47,968 nucleotides of DNA from Aquiluna sp. (GTDB taxonomy: Bacteria; Actinomycetota; Actinomycetes; Actinomycetales; Microbacteriaceae). Positions 38,187 through 47,968 of this stretch are shown in pieces; position 1 is the stretch's first letter; the number at the start of each line of letters is the position of its first letter. The notes below the pieces were generated by a model, which searched no databases, was not told where the DNA came from, and saw only the letters and a list, made by a program, of their open reading frames with translations. The stretch is from the NCBI GenBank assembly GCA_964202305.1, contig CAXNHX010000001.1, positions 1 to 47,968 of the forward strand, written 5' to 3'. The position numbers were made by a program, and so were the translations under genes.

Positions 38187-40685
38187 ATGGCATCAAAGAC
38201 CCCTCCACCTAGACGCCCGTCAAATTCGCGGGCTTCTGGAAAGGCGCCGGTTCGCAAGGGTCCGGCCAGTGGATCGAGTGGGACGGGGCAGAACTTCCTA
38301 AAGGCGCTTGAGCGCTTCTACGTAGCACTCTCGCATTTGGTAGGCGGGGGAGTTAGAGCATTTGGCTCGAGCAAGCTAGCACCTGAGGACCGGCGCGACG
38401 GAGCTCCGTTTTTCCTGTTTTTGCTAAGCATTTTTGGTGCGCTATTTTCCTGGTTCCTGATTCAGGAGCCTTGGGCGAAGTGGCTGCACGACTTTAGTTT
38501 CGGGATGCTCTTTGGTCTCACTGCGTATGGTCTTCCGGTGGTGTTTTTTGGCTATGCCATTTATCTCTTCCGCAACCCGGCGACGGTTAGAGATGGCTCC
38601 CGGTTTGGCCTTGGTTTCTGGTTGTTTCTCTCCGTCGTCTCCGGGTTCTTCCATGTCTTCACCACTTCACCATCACCCCAGCAGGGTCCAGAGGCATTAG
38701 CCGCTGCCGGTGGTCTATTTGGTTGGCTTTTGGCCGGTCCGCTGCTTTCGGTTTTGACGGTTTGGGGCGCTGTTCCGGCACTCATTGTCATTGCCATGGT
38801 TTCACTGCTCGTTATGACTGGCACCGCACCCAACAAGATTGCACAGCGACTTCGTGAGCTCTACGGATACCTCTTTGGGGATCGAGCCAAACCAATTGAG
38901 AGCGACGCCTTCGACGGCAAGAAGTCCAGCTGGTGGCAGAAGGCGGACTCACAAGAGCCAGCGTTTGACACCGCAGTTGTAGACATCGATGAGTTCGTTG
39001 ATGAGGAGCTCGCGGATGAGGCTCTTCCCATGCCAGATGTTTTGCCAGTGGAGGAGCCCGCGGCGGATGTTCCCGCTCTGGAGTTCATGGACGGTGAAGA
39101 GGGACTCACCGAACCAATCGATCTCCCCTCGCAGAAGAGGGTCAAGCCCTACGTATTGCCCGGATTGGGCCTACTGGCAGCGGGCACTGCTCCAAAAGCA
39201 AAGACTGCGGTAAACGATCAGCTGGTTGCAGCTATCGACGCCGTGTTCAAGGAGTTTGATGTTGAAGCGCGCGTTTCGGGCTTTTTGAGAGGACCAACGG
39301 TCACCCGCTACGAGGTGGAGCTAGCGCCAGGGGTGAAAGTTGAGGCGGTCACTCGACTCTCTAATAACATCAGCTATGCCGTGGCATCAAATGAGGTCCG
39401 GATTCTTGCCCCCATCCCCGGTAAGTCGCTCATCGGAATTGAGATTCCAAACACCGATCGAGAGACGGTGTCGCTTGGGGATGTGCTGAGATCAAAAAAT
39501 GCAGCTGCCTCCTCGCATCCGCTAACCATCGGTGTGGGTAAGGATGTCGAAGGTGGCTACCTGGTTGCCAATCTCGCCAAGATGCCCCACCTCTTGGTAG
39601 CAGGTGCCACCGGAGCTGGTAAGTCGAGTTTTGTAAACTCCATGATCACTTCGATTCTGATGCGGGCAACGCCGGCTGAGGTGCGGATGGTTTTGGTCGA
39701 TCCGAAGCGAGTGGAACTCTCGGCCTACCAGGGCGTCCCGCACTTGGTAACCCCGATCATCACCAACCCGAAGAAAGCCGCGGAAGCGCTGCAGTGGGTG
39801 GTCAAGGAGATGGATTCTCGCTATGACGACCTGGCATCCTTTGGTTATAAGCACGTAGATGATTTCAATCGGGCCGTGGTTTCGGGAGAGATCAAGGTTC
39901 CCGAGGGTTCGAAGCGGGATTTGCAGCCCTACCCCTATTTGCTGGTTGTCGTAGACGAGCTAGCCGACCTAATGATCGTTGCTCCCCGAGATGTTGAAGA
40001 CGCGATTGTCCGCATTACCCAGCTGGCCCGAGCCTCAGGTATTCACCTCGTGCTCGCAACGCAGCGTCCCTCCGTGGATGTGGTGACTGGTTTGATTAAG
40101 GCAAACGTGCCCTCGAGGCTGGCCTTCTCGGTTTCGTCCGTTACCGACTCAAGAGTTATTTTGGATCAACCCGGTGCTGAGAAGCTGGTTGGTCAGGGCG
40201 ATGCACTATTCGCGCCGATGGGCTCCAATAAGGCCCTGAGGGTTCAGGGTGCTTGGGTTTCGGAATCTGAGATGGCTCGAGTCGTTGCTCACGTCAAGGC
40301 TCAGATGGAGCCCGACTATCGCAGCGATGTGACTCAGGTGAGCCAGCAAAAGATAGTCGATTCCGATATCGGTGACGACCTCGAACTGTTGCTGGCAGCC
40401 TGTGACTTAGTCGTGAACTCGCAGTTTGGCTCAACATCAATGCTGCAGCGAAAGCTGCGTGTTGGCTTCGCCAAGGCCGGCAGGCTCATGGATCTCATGG
40501 AATCTAGGGGAGTGGTGGGTCCGAGTGAGGGTTCAAAGGCTCGCGATGTGTTGATTAGGCCTGAAGAACTCCCCGCTCTACTTGCAAAACTCAGTGGCCA
40601 AACCACTGCGGTCTTCGAGGGTGACAGTGCAGATGATGAACCCGACGAGGATGCCTGGCAGCTAACGGGAAGACCAGATGTCTAG
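38187..40685 (+). CDS. ftsK: DNA translocase FtsK
   Basis: N-terminal TM region, [46 protein letters not shown], gamma domain [13 protein letters not shown]. Confidence 0.97.
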   Translation: MASKTPPPRRPSNSRASGKAPVRKGPASGSSGTGQNFLKALERFYVALSHLVGGGVRAFGSSKLAPEDRRDGAPFFLFLLSIFGALFSWFLIQEPWAKWLHDFSFGMLFGLTAYGLPVVFFGYAIYLFRNPATVRDGSRFGLGFWLFLSVVSGFFHVFTTSPSPQQGPEALAAAGGLFGWLLAGPLLSVLTVWGAVPALIVIAMVSLLVMTGTAPNKIAQRLRELYGYLFGDRAKPIESDAFDGKKSSWWQKADSQEPAFDTAVVDIDEFVDEELADEALPMPDVLPVEEPAADVPALEFMDGEEGLTEPIDLPSQKRVKPYVLPGLGLLAAGTAPKAKTAVNDQLVAAIDAVFKEFDVEARVSGFLRGPTVTRYEVELAPGVKVEAVTRLSNNISYAVASNEVRILAPIPGKSLIGIEIPNTDRETVSLGDVLRSKNAAASSHPLTIGVGKDVEGGYLVANLAKMPHLLVAGATGAGKSSFVNSMITSILMRATPAEVRMVLVDPKRVELSAYQGVPHLVTPIITNPKKAAEALQWVVKEMDSRYDDLASFGYKHVDDFNRAVVSGEIKVPEGSKRDLQPYPYLLVVVDELADLMIVAPRDVEDAIVRITQLARASGIHLVLATQRPSVDVVTGLIKANVPSRLAFSVSSVTDSRVILDQPGAEKLVGQGDALFAPMGSNKALRVQGAWVSESEMARVVAHVKAQMEPDYRSDVTQVSQQKIVDSDIGDDLELLLAACDLVVNSQFGSTSMLQRKLRVGFAKAGRLMDLMESRGVVGPSEGSKARDVLIRPEELPALLAKLSGQTTAVFEGDSADDEPDEDAWQLTGRPDV

Positions 40686-41226
40686 CAGCTTTCTGTATAG
40701 GCAGACCCCAAATCTGATTACTTCCTCTCGGATCGCGGTAGTACCAATCGTGCTCTGGTTGGTGTTAGCGCAGTGGGATAGCTATTTGGGCAGAGCCGTG
40801 GCGCTCGTGTTGCTCGTGGCGGCGGCTTCCACCGATGGCATAGATGGAGCAATTGCGCGCAAGCGCGACCTGGTTTCGAATCTTGGCAAGATTCTCGACC
40901 CGATTGCCGACAAGGCTCTGCTTTCTGGTGCGCTGATAGCGCTTTCCATACAAGGGGCGGTTCCCTGGCTCGCGACAGGACTAATACTGTTCAGAGAACT
41001 CGGGGTTACCGTCTATCGCCTTGTCGTGGTGAGAAAGCGTGTGATCGCGGCCACCGGAGGCGGGAAGTTCAAAACGGTGATGCAGATCATTTCCGTTTCG
41101 CTCTATGTCGCTCCTCTTGGGTTCCTTGGCCTTTGGTATTTGTGGTTCTCTGATGTCGTGCTTTGGTTCACCGTTGCCCTGACGCTGTTTACTGGATTGA
41201 GAATCCTTTGGCCGAAGAAACCCTAA
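40678..41226 (+). CDS. pgsA: CDP-diacylglycerol--glycerol-3-phosphate 3-phosphatidyltransferase
   Basis: [20 protein letters not shown]...[13 protein letters not shown]-alcohol motif, GKFKT. Confidence 0.92.
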   Translation: MSSSFLYRQTPNLITSSRIAVVPIVLWLVLAQWDSYLGRAVALVLLVAAASTDGIDGAIARKRDLVSNLGKILDPIADKALLSGALIALSIQGAVPWLATGLILFRELGVTVYRLVVVRKRVIAATGGGKFKTVMQIISVSLYVAPLGFLGLWYLWFSDVVLWFTVALTLFTGLRILWPKKP

Positions 41227-41708
41227 CCTCGCACCTTCGAGCAGCTGGCTTGTGGCTTGCCACCGCGGAGTCAATCACCGGTGGCGCTCTAGGTGCTCGC
41301 CTCACCGAAAGTCCCGGGGCATCGGAAAGCTTTCTAGGTGGTGTGGTTGCCTACCAAAACAACGTAAAGCAAGAACTGCTCGGTGTCTCTGGGTCGCTCA
41401 TGGCTCAGCAGGGGGCTGTTGACGCCGAAGTAGCAGCCCAGATGGCCAATGGAGTCAGGGCGCGATTCGCAAAGATCAACCAGCTTCCTATTGAAAAGGT
41501 CATCGGAGTCAGCACCACCGGTGTGGCGGGCCCAGGTGAAGCCGAGGGCAAGGTAGCGGGAACTGTTTTTATCGGAGTCAGTTCCAGTGCGGGGGATGCC
41601 GTCTATGCCCATCAGTTCGATGGTGATCGTGAGCAGATTCGGCAGCAAACCGTGAGCGCTGCGCTCGAGAGCGTCAGGGAACAATTTCAGTTACTGAGCG
41701 GTTATTGA
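41208..41708 (+). CDS. cinA: CinA C-terminal/PncC family NMN amidohydrolase
   Basis: ATAESITGG, PGASESF, GAVDAEVAAQMA, TTGVAGP; start uncertain (TTG 41208 chosen). Confidence 0.88.
   Translation: MAEETLTSHLRAAGLWLATAESITGGALGARLTESPGASESFLGGVVAYQNNVKQELLGVSGSLMAQQGAVDAEVAAQMANGVRARFAKINQLPIEKVIGVSTTGVAGPGEAEGKVAGTVFIGVSSSAGDAVYAHQFDGDREQIRQQTVSAALESVREQFQLLSGY
41678..41703 (+). promoter_or_regulatory. ECF sigma (SigE/SigH/SigR-type) promoter for clgR-like gene
   Basis: GGAAC-N18-GTT inside the 3' end of cinA. Confidence 0.5.
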
Positions 41709-41778
41709 ACAGGAAACATTCAGCAATCGAATGTAATTTTGTCTGAACCCACCGATAGGTTAGAGGCCAGGAGGAAAC

Positions 41779-42093
41779 TTGGTACTGATTAGGCAAGAGA
41801 TAGGCGACGTTCTTCGCACACACCGCCAGCGTAAGGGTCAGACCCTGCGCCAGGTAGCTGCGAAGGCTTCGGTTGCTCTGGGCTACCTCTCAGAGGTTGA
41901 GCGCGGTCAGAAAGAAGTTTCGTCCGAGATTCTCGCTTCGGTTGCTGAGGCCCTAGAGGTTCCTCTGTCGGTGCTCATGCGCCAGGTCTCGGAGCGGGTT
42001 GCAGCTATTGAGGGCGTCTACTTTGATGACACCTACATTCCTGACACGGTTCCAGACGCCTTTGTCACAGAGGCCGAGATTTACTCTCACTAG
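41779..42093 (+). CDS. clgR: XRE-family HTH regulator, ClgR-like
   Basis: IGDVLR...QTLRQVA...LGYLSEVERGQKEVSSEIL; pgsA-cinA-clgR synteny; SD AGGAGG. Confidence 0.85.
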   Translation: MVLIRQEIGDVLRTHRQRKGQTLRQVAAKASVALGYLSEVERGQKEVSSEILASVAEALEVPLSVLMRQVSERVAAIEGVYFDDTYIPDTVPDAFVTEAEIYSH

Positions 42094-42323
42094 TGAAGCT
42101 CTCTCGCTTCTACGAGTTAGTTCGTGATGAATTTGGTCCAGGCTTCTCGGAAGTGGTTCTAAACGACACCCGTCTCACAGATTTTCAGGACAAGACCCCG
42201 CAGGAGCTAATTGCTCTAGGGGAGGACACGCGCGAGATCTGGTTTGCCATTTGCAAGGCACAGGCCATTCCACGCGAGCGCTGGCAAGGCAAACTTCAGA
42301 CAAAAAGACACGCCGAAAAATAG
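42093..42323 (+). CDS. DUF3046 family protein
   Basis: MKLSRFYELVRDEFG, REIWFAIC; directly upstream of recA as usual in actinobacteria. Confidence 0.85.
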   Translation: MKLSRFYELVRDEFGPGFSEVVLNDTRLTDFQDKTPQELIALGEDTREIWFAICKAQAIPRERWQGKLQTKRHAEK

Positions 42324-42327
42324 TCAT

Positions 42328-42343
42328 TCGAAATTTTGTTCGA
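42328..42343. promoter_or_regulatory. LexA (SOS) box upstream of recA
   Basis: TCGAAA-TTTT-GTTCGA, one mismatch to actinobacterial TCGAAC-N4-GTTCGA. Confidence 0.75.
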
Positions 42344-42410
42344 ACACTTATTGTTGCTAACAACTGGAGGAAACGCGAGTTTTCCACAGATTTGACAGGG
42401 AATCTAAAAC

Positions 42411-42432
42411 TGTCCGAGGGCACTAGTAGCGT
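42411..42432 (+). promoter_or_regulatory. PafBC-type (RecA-NDp) promoter motif upstream of recA
   Basis: TGTCCG-N10-TA-N3-T, one mismatch to TGTCGG-N10-TA-N3-T. Confidence 0.65.
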
Positions 42433-42475
42433 CCAAGGCAGTTAGACGCCATCGAGGTGTCGGAAAGAGGTAGCA

Positions 42476-43540
42476 ATGCCAAGTGCATCTGAAAGAGAAA
42501 AGGCCTTAGAAACCGCGCTCGCTCAAATTGATCGCCAGTTTGGCAAGGGTTCGGTTATGCGCTTGGGTTCGCAAGAGCGCGCAATGATCGAAGCGATCCC
42601 AACCGGCTCTATCGCGCTTGACGTGGCACTTGGTATCGGTGGCCTACCAAAGGGTCGAATCGTAGAGATTTATGGACCAGAGTCCTCTGGAAAGACCACT
42701 CTGGCTCTTCACGCGATTGCCAATGCACAGGCAGCGGGAGGCACTGCCGCCTTCGTAGACGCTGAGCACGCTTTGGACCCTGAGTATGCAAAGAGCCTCG
42801 GCGTTGACATCGACTCGCTCTTGGTGAGCCAGCCTGACACTGGTGAGCAAGCTCTTGAAATCACCGACATGCTCATTCGCTCCGGGTCAATTGACGTCAT
42901 CGTCATCGACTCCGTGGCGGCCCTGGTCCCGAGAGCGGAGATCGAGGGTGAGATGGGAGACTCTCACGTCGGCCTGCAGGCCAGACTTATGTCCCAGGCT
43001 CTCAGAAAGCTCACTGGAGCGCTGAGCAACACTAAGACCACTGCGATCTTCATCAACCAACTTCGAGAGAAGATTGGTGTCTTCTTCGGCTCGCCTGAGA
43101 CCACCTCCGGTGGTAAGGCGCTGAAGTTCTACGCCTCGGTTCGCCTAGACATCCGAAGGATCGAAACCCTTAAGGAGGGCACCGACTCGGTAGGAAACCG
43201 CACTCGCGTGAAGGTTGTCAAGAATAAGCTCGCCGCACCTTTCAAGCAGGCCGAATTTGACATCATGTTCGGAGAGGGTATCTCGAGAGAGGGCTCGCTA
43301 ATCGACTTCGGCGTAGAGCACGATATCGTGAAGAAGTCAGGCGCCTGGTACACATTCGAGGGCGATCAACTTGGTCAGGGTAAAGAGAACTCCAGACGCT
43401 ACCTCAAGGAGAATCCAGAGGTTGCCCAGGCAATTGAGCAGCGCATTAAGGTCAAGCTCGGAATTGGAGTGCCGCGACCAGTGGCAGACCTCCCAGTCGA
43501 GGAGCCTGAGGTAATCGAGAAGGCTGCCAACGACGCCTAG
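42476..43540 (+). CDS. recA: Recombinase RecA
   Basis: [52 protein letters not shown]; no intein. Confidence 0.99.
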   Translation: MPSASEREKALETALAQIDRQFGKGSVMRLGSQERAMIEAIPTGSIALDVALGIGGLPKGRIVEIYGPESSGKTTLALHAIANAQAAGGTAAFVDAEHALDPEYAKSLGVDIDSLLVSQPDTGEQALEITDMLIRSGSIDVIVIDSVAALVPRAEIEGEMGDSHVGLQARLMSQALRKLTGALSNTKTTAIFINQLREKIGVFFGSPETTSGGKALKFYASVRLDIRRIETLKEGTDSVGNRTRVKVVKNKLAAPFKQAEFDIMFGEGISREGSLIDFGVEHDIVKKSGAWYTFEGDQLGQGKENSRRYLKENPEVAQAIEQRIKVKLGIGVPRPVADLPVEEPEVIEKAANDA

Positions 43541-43547
43541 ATACTAA

Positions 43548-44027
43548 ATGGCAAAATCTGAAAGCGAGAAGCTGGAGCAGCGGGCAAAAAATGTCCTGCT
43601 GCACCAGCTTTCTCGAAGCATGAAGACGCGCTTCCAGCTCGAAGAGATACTTAAGAAGCGGGAGATTCCCGACGAAATAGCTCAGCTCGCACTCGACCGA
43701 TTCACAGAGGCGCAGTTGATTGATGACGCTGTATTTGCCACCGCCTACGTCAGGACCCGCCTGGAAAATGGGCGATCCGTCAGTGCTATTAGGGGCGAGC
43801 TAAGGCGCAAGGGAGTGGCTCAGGACATCATCGAGTCCCAGTTGGGAGATGTCGATTCGGCGCGTGAACAGGAAATTGCCAACCGGCTGGCAGCCAATCG
43901 CATCGGGCGAATGCAGAATCTAGACGCCGAAGTTCGCAAACGCAGGCTGCTTGGATTCTTGCAGCGACGAGGGTTCTCTCAGTCGATTGCATACCGGGCA
44001 ATTTCAAACGCGTCCTCACAGGGGTAA
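43548..44027 (+). CDS. recX: Regulatory protein RecX
   Basis: [27 protein letters not shown]; directly after recA. Confidence 0.92.
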   Translation: MAKSESEKLEQRAKNVLLHQLSRSMKTRFQLEEILKKREIPDEIAQLALDRFTEAQLIDDAVFATAYVRTRLENGRSVSAIRGELRRKGVAQDIIESQLGDVDSAREQEIANRLAANRIGRMQNLDAEVRKRRLLGFLQRRGFSQSIAYRAISNASSQG

Positions 44028-44038
44028 AATCCCTAGCA

Positions 44039-45514
44039 ATGTCACTTACTTACGAGGTTCGCACCTACGGCTGCCAAATGAACGTCCACGATTCCGAGCG
44101 AATCAGTGGCCTTTTGGAGACTGCTGGCTACATTCCAGCAGCTGACGGGGGCTCTGATCCCGATCTGGTGGTTTTCAATACCTGTGCGGTGCGTGAGAAC
44201 GCCGACAACAAGCTCTACGGAACTTTGGGCATGATGCTCACCAAGAAGGAAGCCAATCCAAACCTGCAGATAGCGGTTGGGGGCTGCCTGGCGCAGAAGG
44301 ATCAGGATGTGATCCTCAAGCGCGCCCCATGGGTGGACGTGGTCTTCGGCACTCACAACATGGGTTCGTTGCCAACGCTCCTGGAGCGGGCAAAGCACAA
44401 CGCTCAGGCTGAAATCGAGATTCTGGAGTCGCTCGAGGTCTTTCCGTCCACGCTTCCGACCAAGCGCGATAGTGCATATGCGGGCTGGGTGTCGATCTCG
44501 GTTGGCTGCAATAACACCTGCACCTTTTGCATCGTGCCCTCGCTGCGAGGCAAGGAGAAAGATCGTCGTCCCGGGGAGATTTTGAGTGAGGTGCAGGCTC
44601 TAGTTGATGACGGAGCTCTCGAGGTCACACTACTCGGTCAGAATGTGAACACCTACGGTGTTGAATTTGGAGACAAAACGGCATTCTCGAAGCTTCTCCG
44701 AGCCTGCGGAGAAATTGACGGATTGGAGCGAGTTCGCTTCACCTCACCGCACCCAGCTGCCTTCACTGACGATGTGATCCTCGCGATGGCGGAAACTCAC
44801 AACGTGATGCCTCAGCTACACATGCCGCTTCAGTCTGGTTCAGACAGAATCCTGAAGGCGATGCGTCGTAGCTACCGCAGTGATAAGTACCTTGGGATTT
44901 TGGACCGCGTCCGCGAGGCTATGCCCGATGCCTCAATCAGCACCGACATAATTGTGGGTTTCCCAGGCGAAACCGAGCAGGATTTCCAGGACACCCTAGA
45001 GGTTGTTAAGAAATCACGATTCTCAATCGCGTATACCTTCCAGTACTCGATTCGCCCAGGAACTCCGGCTGCTGAAATGGAGGACCAGATTCCCAAAGAG
45101 ATCGTCCAGGAGCGCTACGAGCGGCTTCTGGAGGTTGTAAACCAGGTCGCTTGGGATGAGAATCTGAAGCAGATCGGCAAAGAGGTTGAGGTTCTCGTGG
45201 CGAACGGCGAGGGTCGCAAAGATGCGCAGACTCACCGCATGTCTGGGAGAGCAAAGGACAATCGTCTGGTGCACTTCGACATTCCTGAGGGCCAGCCACA
45301 GCCTCGACCCGGTGATGTTGTGACGGTAACCGTGACAGACGCCAAGCCCTACTTCCTGGTAGCGGATGCAGCTGCAGGAAGCGGCTACTCGGTGCGAAGA
45401 ACTCGCGGCGGGGATGCTCACGAGCGTCGGGAATTGGAAAGCTGTGGCGCTCCCACCCCTGGAGCCACAAAGGTCAATCTAGGACTGCCGATTCGGACAG
45501 CAAGTGTCCTTTAG
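44039..45514 (+). CDS. miaB: tRNA-2-methylthio-N6-dimethylallyladenosine synthase
   Basis: [35 protein letters not shown] radical SAM motif, [15 protein letters not shown] domain. Confidence 0.97.
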   Translation: MSLTYEVRTYGCQMNVHDSERISGLLETAGYIPAADGGSDPDLVVFNTCAVRENADNKLYGTLGMMLTKKEANPNLQIAVGGCLAQKDQDVILKRAPWVDVVFGTHNMGSLPTLLERAKHNAQAEIEILESLEVFPSTLPTKRDSAYAGWVSISVGCNNTCTFCIVPSLRGKEKDRRPGEILSEVQALVDDGALEVTLLGQNVNTYGVEFGDKTAFSKLLRACGEIDGLERVRFTSPHPAAFTDDVILAMAETHNVMPQLHMPLQSGSDRILKAMRRSYRSDKYLGILDRVREAMPDASISTDIIVGFPGETEQDFQDTLEVVKKSRFSIAYTFQYSIRPGTPAAEMEDQIPKEIVQERYERLLEVVNQVAWDENLKQIGKEVEVLVANGEGRKDAQTHRMSGRAKDNRLVHFDIPEGQPQPRPGDVVTVTVTDAKPYFLVADAAAGSGYSVRRTRGGDAHERRELESCGAPTPGATKVNLGLPIRTASVL

Positions 45515-46412
45515 CGTTCTTGCGGTGGTTGGGCCAACCGCCTCTGGAAAGTCGGATTTGGGGATCTCGATTGCAAAAGCTATCGGCAAGGCAGAGATTG
45601 TCAATGCCGATGCAATGCAGCTTTATCGTGGAATGGACATTGGAACTGCCAAGCTCACCAAACAAGCTCGCGCAGACATCCCACATCGCCTAATCGACGC
45701 GGTGACTCCGGATCAAGAATTGACCGCAGTCGACTACTCGAAGCTTGCTCAAGCGGCAATTCGAGAGATTCTTGATCGGGGAAATACTCCCATTGTTGTT
45801 GGTGGGAGCATGTTCTACGTTGCGGCAGCTCTCGATGAGTTGGACTTTGCGCCGACCGATGAAATTGTTCGCGAGAGACTCGAAGCGGAAGCCGACAGTT
45901 TCGGAGCACTGGCCTTGCATGAGCGCTTAGGGCGCTTAGATCCCCAGAGCGCGGAGAGAATTCCGGCGCAAAATGTCAGACGCGTGGTCAGGGCGCTGGA
46001 AGTGATTGAACTCACTGGTGCCCCGCATAAGTCTTCTCTGCCTGAACCGCAATACCTCATGCCGACGCTGCAGCTTGGTATCGAGGTTGACAGGGAGCTA
46101 CTCAAGGAGAGAATCAGAATCAGGGTCGAGAGGATGTGGGAGGCGGGTCTTCTTGACGAAGTTCAGGGCCTAATTGATTCAAGGGTCAGCTTTTCCCGCA
46201 CAGCTGCGGTCGCTATCGGCTATGCCCAGGCACGAGCTCAGCTAGCGGGGGAGTTGAGTCAGGCCGAGGCCATAGAGCAGACCATATCTTTGACCAATCG
46301 CTACGCGCGTCGCCAGATGTCCTGGTTCCGCAGAGACACTCGCATCAAATGGCTTGATTCCTCAGGCAATTTGGAGAATCAAGCCTTCGAGCAAATTAGG
46401 CTGGGGCAATGA
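45504..46412 (+). CDS. miaA: tRNA dimethylallyltransferase
   Basis: [44 protein letters not shown]. Confidence 0.96.
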   Translation: MSFSVLAVVGPTASGKSDLGISIAKAIGKAEIVNADAMQLYRGMDIGTAKLTKQARADIPHRLIDAVTPDQELTAVDYSKLAQAAIREILDRGNTPIVVGGSMFYVAAALDELDFAPTDEIVRERLEAEADSFGALALHERLGRLDPQSAERIPAQNVRRVVRALEVIELTGAPHKSSLPEPQYLMPTLQLGIEVDRELLKERIRIRVERMWEAGLLDEVQGLIDSRVSFSRTAAVAIGYAQARAQLAGELSQAEAIEQTISLTNRYARRQMSWFRRDTRIKWLDSSGNLENQAFEQIRLGQ

Positions 46413-47278
46413 GCTTCGCTTTCACCAAGGGTCATGGCACAGGAAATGACTTCATCCTCATTTTGGATGAGCATGGCCAGATTGAGATTTCTGCCGAGCA
46501 AGTTGCTTTGATGTGTGACAGGCACTTCGGGATTGGGGCAGACGGACTTATTCGAGTGACTCCGACTGCAAAGAGTAACGAGGTCTCCCACTTGCTTGAG
46601 CAAGAACCCGCTGCCCAGTGGTTCATGGATTATCGAAACGCTGACGGATCCAATGCGGAGATGTGCGGAAATGGCATTCGGGTCTTTGCCCGCTACCTAC
46701 TTGAAAACGGGCTCGCAGAACTGACTTCGGGCAGCACTCTGCCAGTTGCCACCAGGGATGGAATCAAGGATTTGACTGCAACCCAGACCGGTTTTGCAGT
46801 TGATTTGGGTTTATTCAAAGTTGGCGATGACGAGACTTTGGTTCGAGCCAGGGGTCTTTCTGTGGCGAGACCTGCCTTGGAGGTCAATGTTGGAAATCCG
46901 CATCGAGTAGTGGCTCTTGCGGACACTGCAGAACTTGAGGGTATCGACCTTGGCAGAGCGCCGATTTTGGAGCCTGAGGCTATCGAAGGAGCAAACGTCG
47001 AGTTTGTGGTTTTGGATGAACCACTTATCAAAGAGGGTGTTGCAGGTCTGACCATGCGTGTGCACGAACGAGGAGTTGGAGAGACTCTTAGTTGCGGAAC
47101 CGGGATAGCGGCGGCGGCAATAGCGATTCGGCACTATGCCGGCGGTGAGCAAAACTACTGGAAGGTCACTGTTCCCGGGGGGCAGGTTGCCGTGAGGATG
47201 TTCCCAACCGAAGACGGCGAGCACGTTTCCATTAGTGGGCCAGCAGAGCTAACTTACTCCGGTAGCTGGGGGGACTGA
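46409..47278 (+). CDS. dapF: Diaminopimelate epimerase
   Basis: FTKGHGTGNDF, DRHFGIGADG, EMCGNG, GNPH, HERGVGETLSCGTG. Confidence 0.96.
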   Translation: MSFAFTKGHGTGNDFILILDEHGQIEISAEQVALMCDRHFGIGADGLIRVTPTAKSNEVSHLLEQEPAAQWFMDYRNADGSNAEMCGNGIRVFARYLLENGLAELTSGSTLPVATRDGIKDLTATQTGFAVDLGLFKVGDDETLVRARGLSVARPALEVNVGNPHRVVALADTAELEGIDLGRAPILEPEAIEGANVEFVVLDEPLIKEGVAGLTMRVHERGVGETLSCGTGIAAAAIAIRHYAGGEQNYWKVTVPGGQVAVRMFPTEDGEHVSISGPAELTYSGSWGD

Positions 47279-47873
47279 CTAGGGAGATGACACGGTAACC
47301 CTTATCGGTTGCAACACGTGTCACCTCTGCCTCGGGAAATCGAGTGCTCAGCCAACGTTGGAATGAGTCCGCTCCAAGGTTTTTCTGCACAACAAGCATG
47401 GCCTTACCTCCGGGCTCAAGTCTGGGCATGAAAGTTTCCATCAACTCGTGAAGCACCTTCTTACCCACTCGAATTGGGGGGTTTGACCAGATCGCACTGA
47501 AGCGAAGATCCTCGGGCAAGTCCCTGGAGTGCATGGCTGAGAAGTTTTTGAGTCCGAGATTTTTGGCGTTTAGGTTCGACTGTTCGATGCTGCGCTGGTT
47601 TATGTCCACGCCAAATACTTTGCACTTGCTGGCAACAGTGGCGATGGATAGCCCAATAGGACCCCAGCCACAGCCGACGTCCAGCACATTCCCATCCTTG
47701 GGAAAGTGCTCGACTTGTTTCAGCAAAACCGCAGTACCAGCATCCAATTTGCTGGAACTGAATGTTCCCGAGGCAGCCTCAACTTCTAAACTCTTCCCGC
47801 CAACTTGAATCTGAACGCTGACGGTTTTCTTTGGGGCTGCTGGGTCCGAGCTGAAATAGTGCTCTTCAACCAT
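47232..47873 (-). CDS. Class I SAM-dependent methyltransferase (RsmC/MTS-like)
   Basis: EHYFS, GTFSSSKLDAGT, LDVGCGWGPI, WSNPPIRVGK, LVVQKNLGADS. Confidence 0.9.
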   Translation of the reverse strand: MVEEHYFSSDPAAPKKTVSVQIQVGGKSLEVEAASGTFSSSKLDAGTAVLLKQVEHFPKDGNVLDVGCGWGPIGLSIATVASKCKVFGVDINQRSIEQSNLNAKNLGLKNFSAMHSRDLPEDLRFSAIWSNPPIRVGKKVLHELMETFMPRLEPGGKAMLVVQKNLGADSFQRWLSTRFPEAEVTRVATDKGYRVISLVSPPSYRSKLALLAH

Positions 47874-47909
47874 CCGACAAACCTATTACAGGCCTAGGGT
47901 TTATATGCA

Positions 47910-47968
47910 ATGAATTCTGAATCTGCAATCGATCGCATCCTTAGGCGGGGAGCCGCCGCACCCATCTC
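47910..47968 (+). CDS. hflX: Probable N-terminus of GTPase HflX (truncated by window end)
   Basis: Open frame MNSESAIDRILRRGAAAPI to the edge; identity rests only on the usual actinobacterial dapF-methyltransferase-hflX synteny. Confidence 0.4.
   Translation, partial: MNSESAIDRILRRGAAAPI

Noticed and set aside
42476-43540. Intein in recA
   Set aside because: 354 aa with continuous RecA motifs; no insertion.
1-47968. Mobile elements, prophage, defence systems, tRNA/rRNA
   Set aside because: Nearly all sequence is covered by housekeeping or transport genes; no integrase, transposase, cas, repeat-spacer or cloverleaf pattern seen by eye.

Overview
A 48 kb stretch of core chromosome from a compact, moderately GC-rich actinobacterium. 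Protein sequences, gene order and very short spacers suggest Microbacteriaceae, possibly a streamlined aquatic Aquiluna/Rhodoluna-type lineage (taxonomy is inference). Order: polyamine uptake/catabolism cluster (class III aminotransferase, Lrp/AsnC regulator, aminobutyraldehyde dehydrogenase, PotDABC, second class III aminotransferase, gabT), dxr-rseP-ispG-proS-nusA-ylxR-infB-rbfA-truB, a membrane protein, a phosphate uptake module in the order pstC-pstA-pstB-pstS plus a degenerate acidic PstS-like lipoprotein, a membrane protein, ribF, DUF805, rpsO, pnp, M16 peptidase, dapB, thioredoxin/DUF4395, thyX, dapA, rnj, ftsK, pgsA, cinA, clgR-like, DUF3046, recA, recX, miaB, miaA, dapF, a methyltransferase and the probable start of hflX. 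I found no rRNA, tRNA, CRISPR array, prophage or IS element. Best leads: (1) a basic PstS with no lipid anchor paired with a very acidic, lipid-anchored PstS paralogue lacking the phosphate-binding motifs, with two PHO-box-like 11-bp repeats in the module; (2) about 16 genes with a -10 hexamer 6-8 nt before the start codon (leaderless architecture); (3) structured leaders at infB, rpsO and pnp; (4) a recA promoter with LexA-, PafBC- and DnaA-type sites. All motif calls were made by eye, with no database searches.
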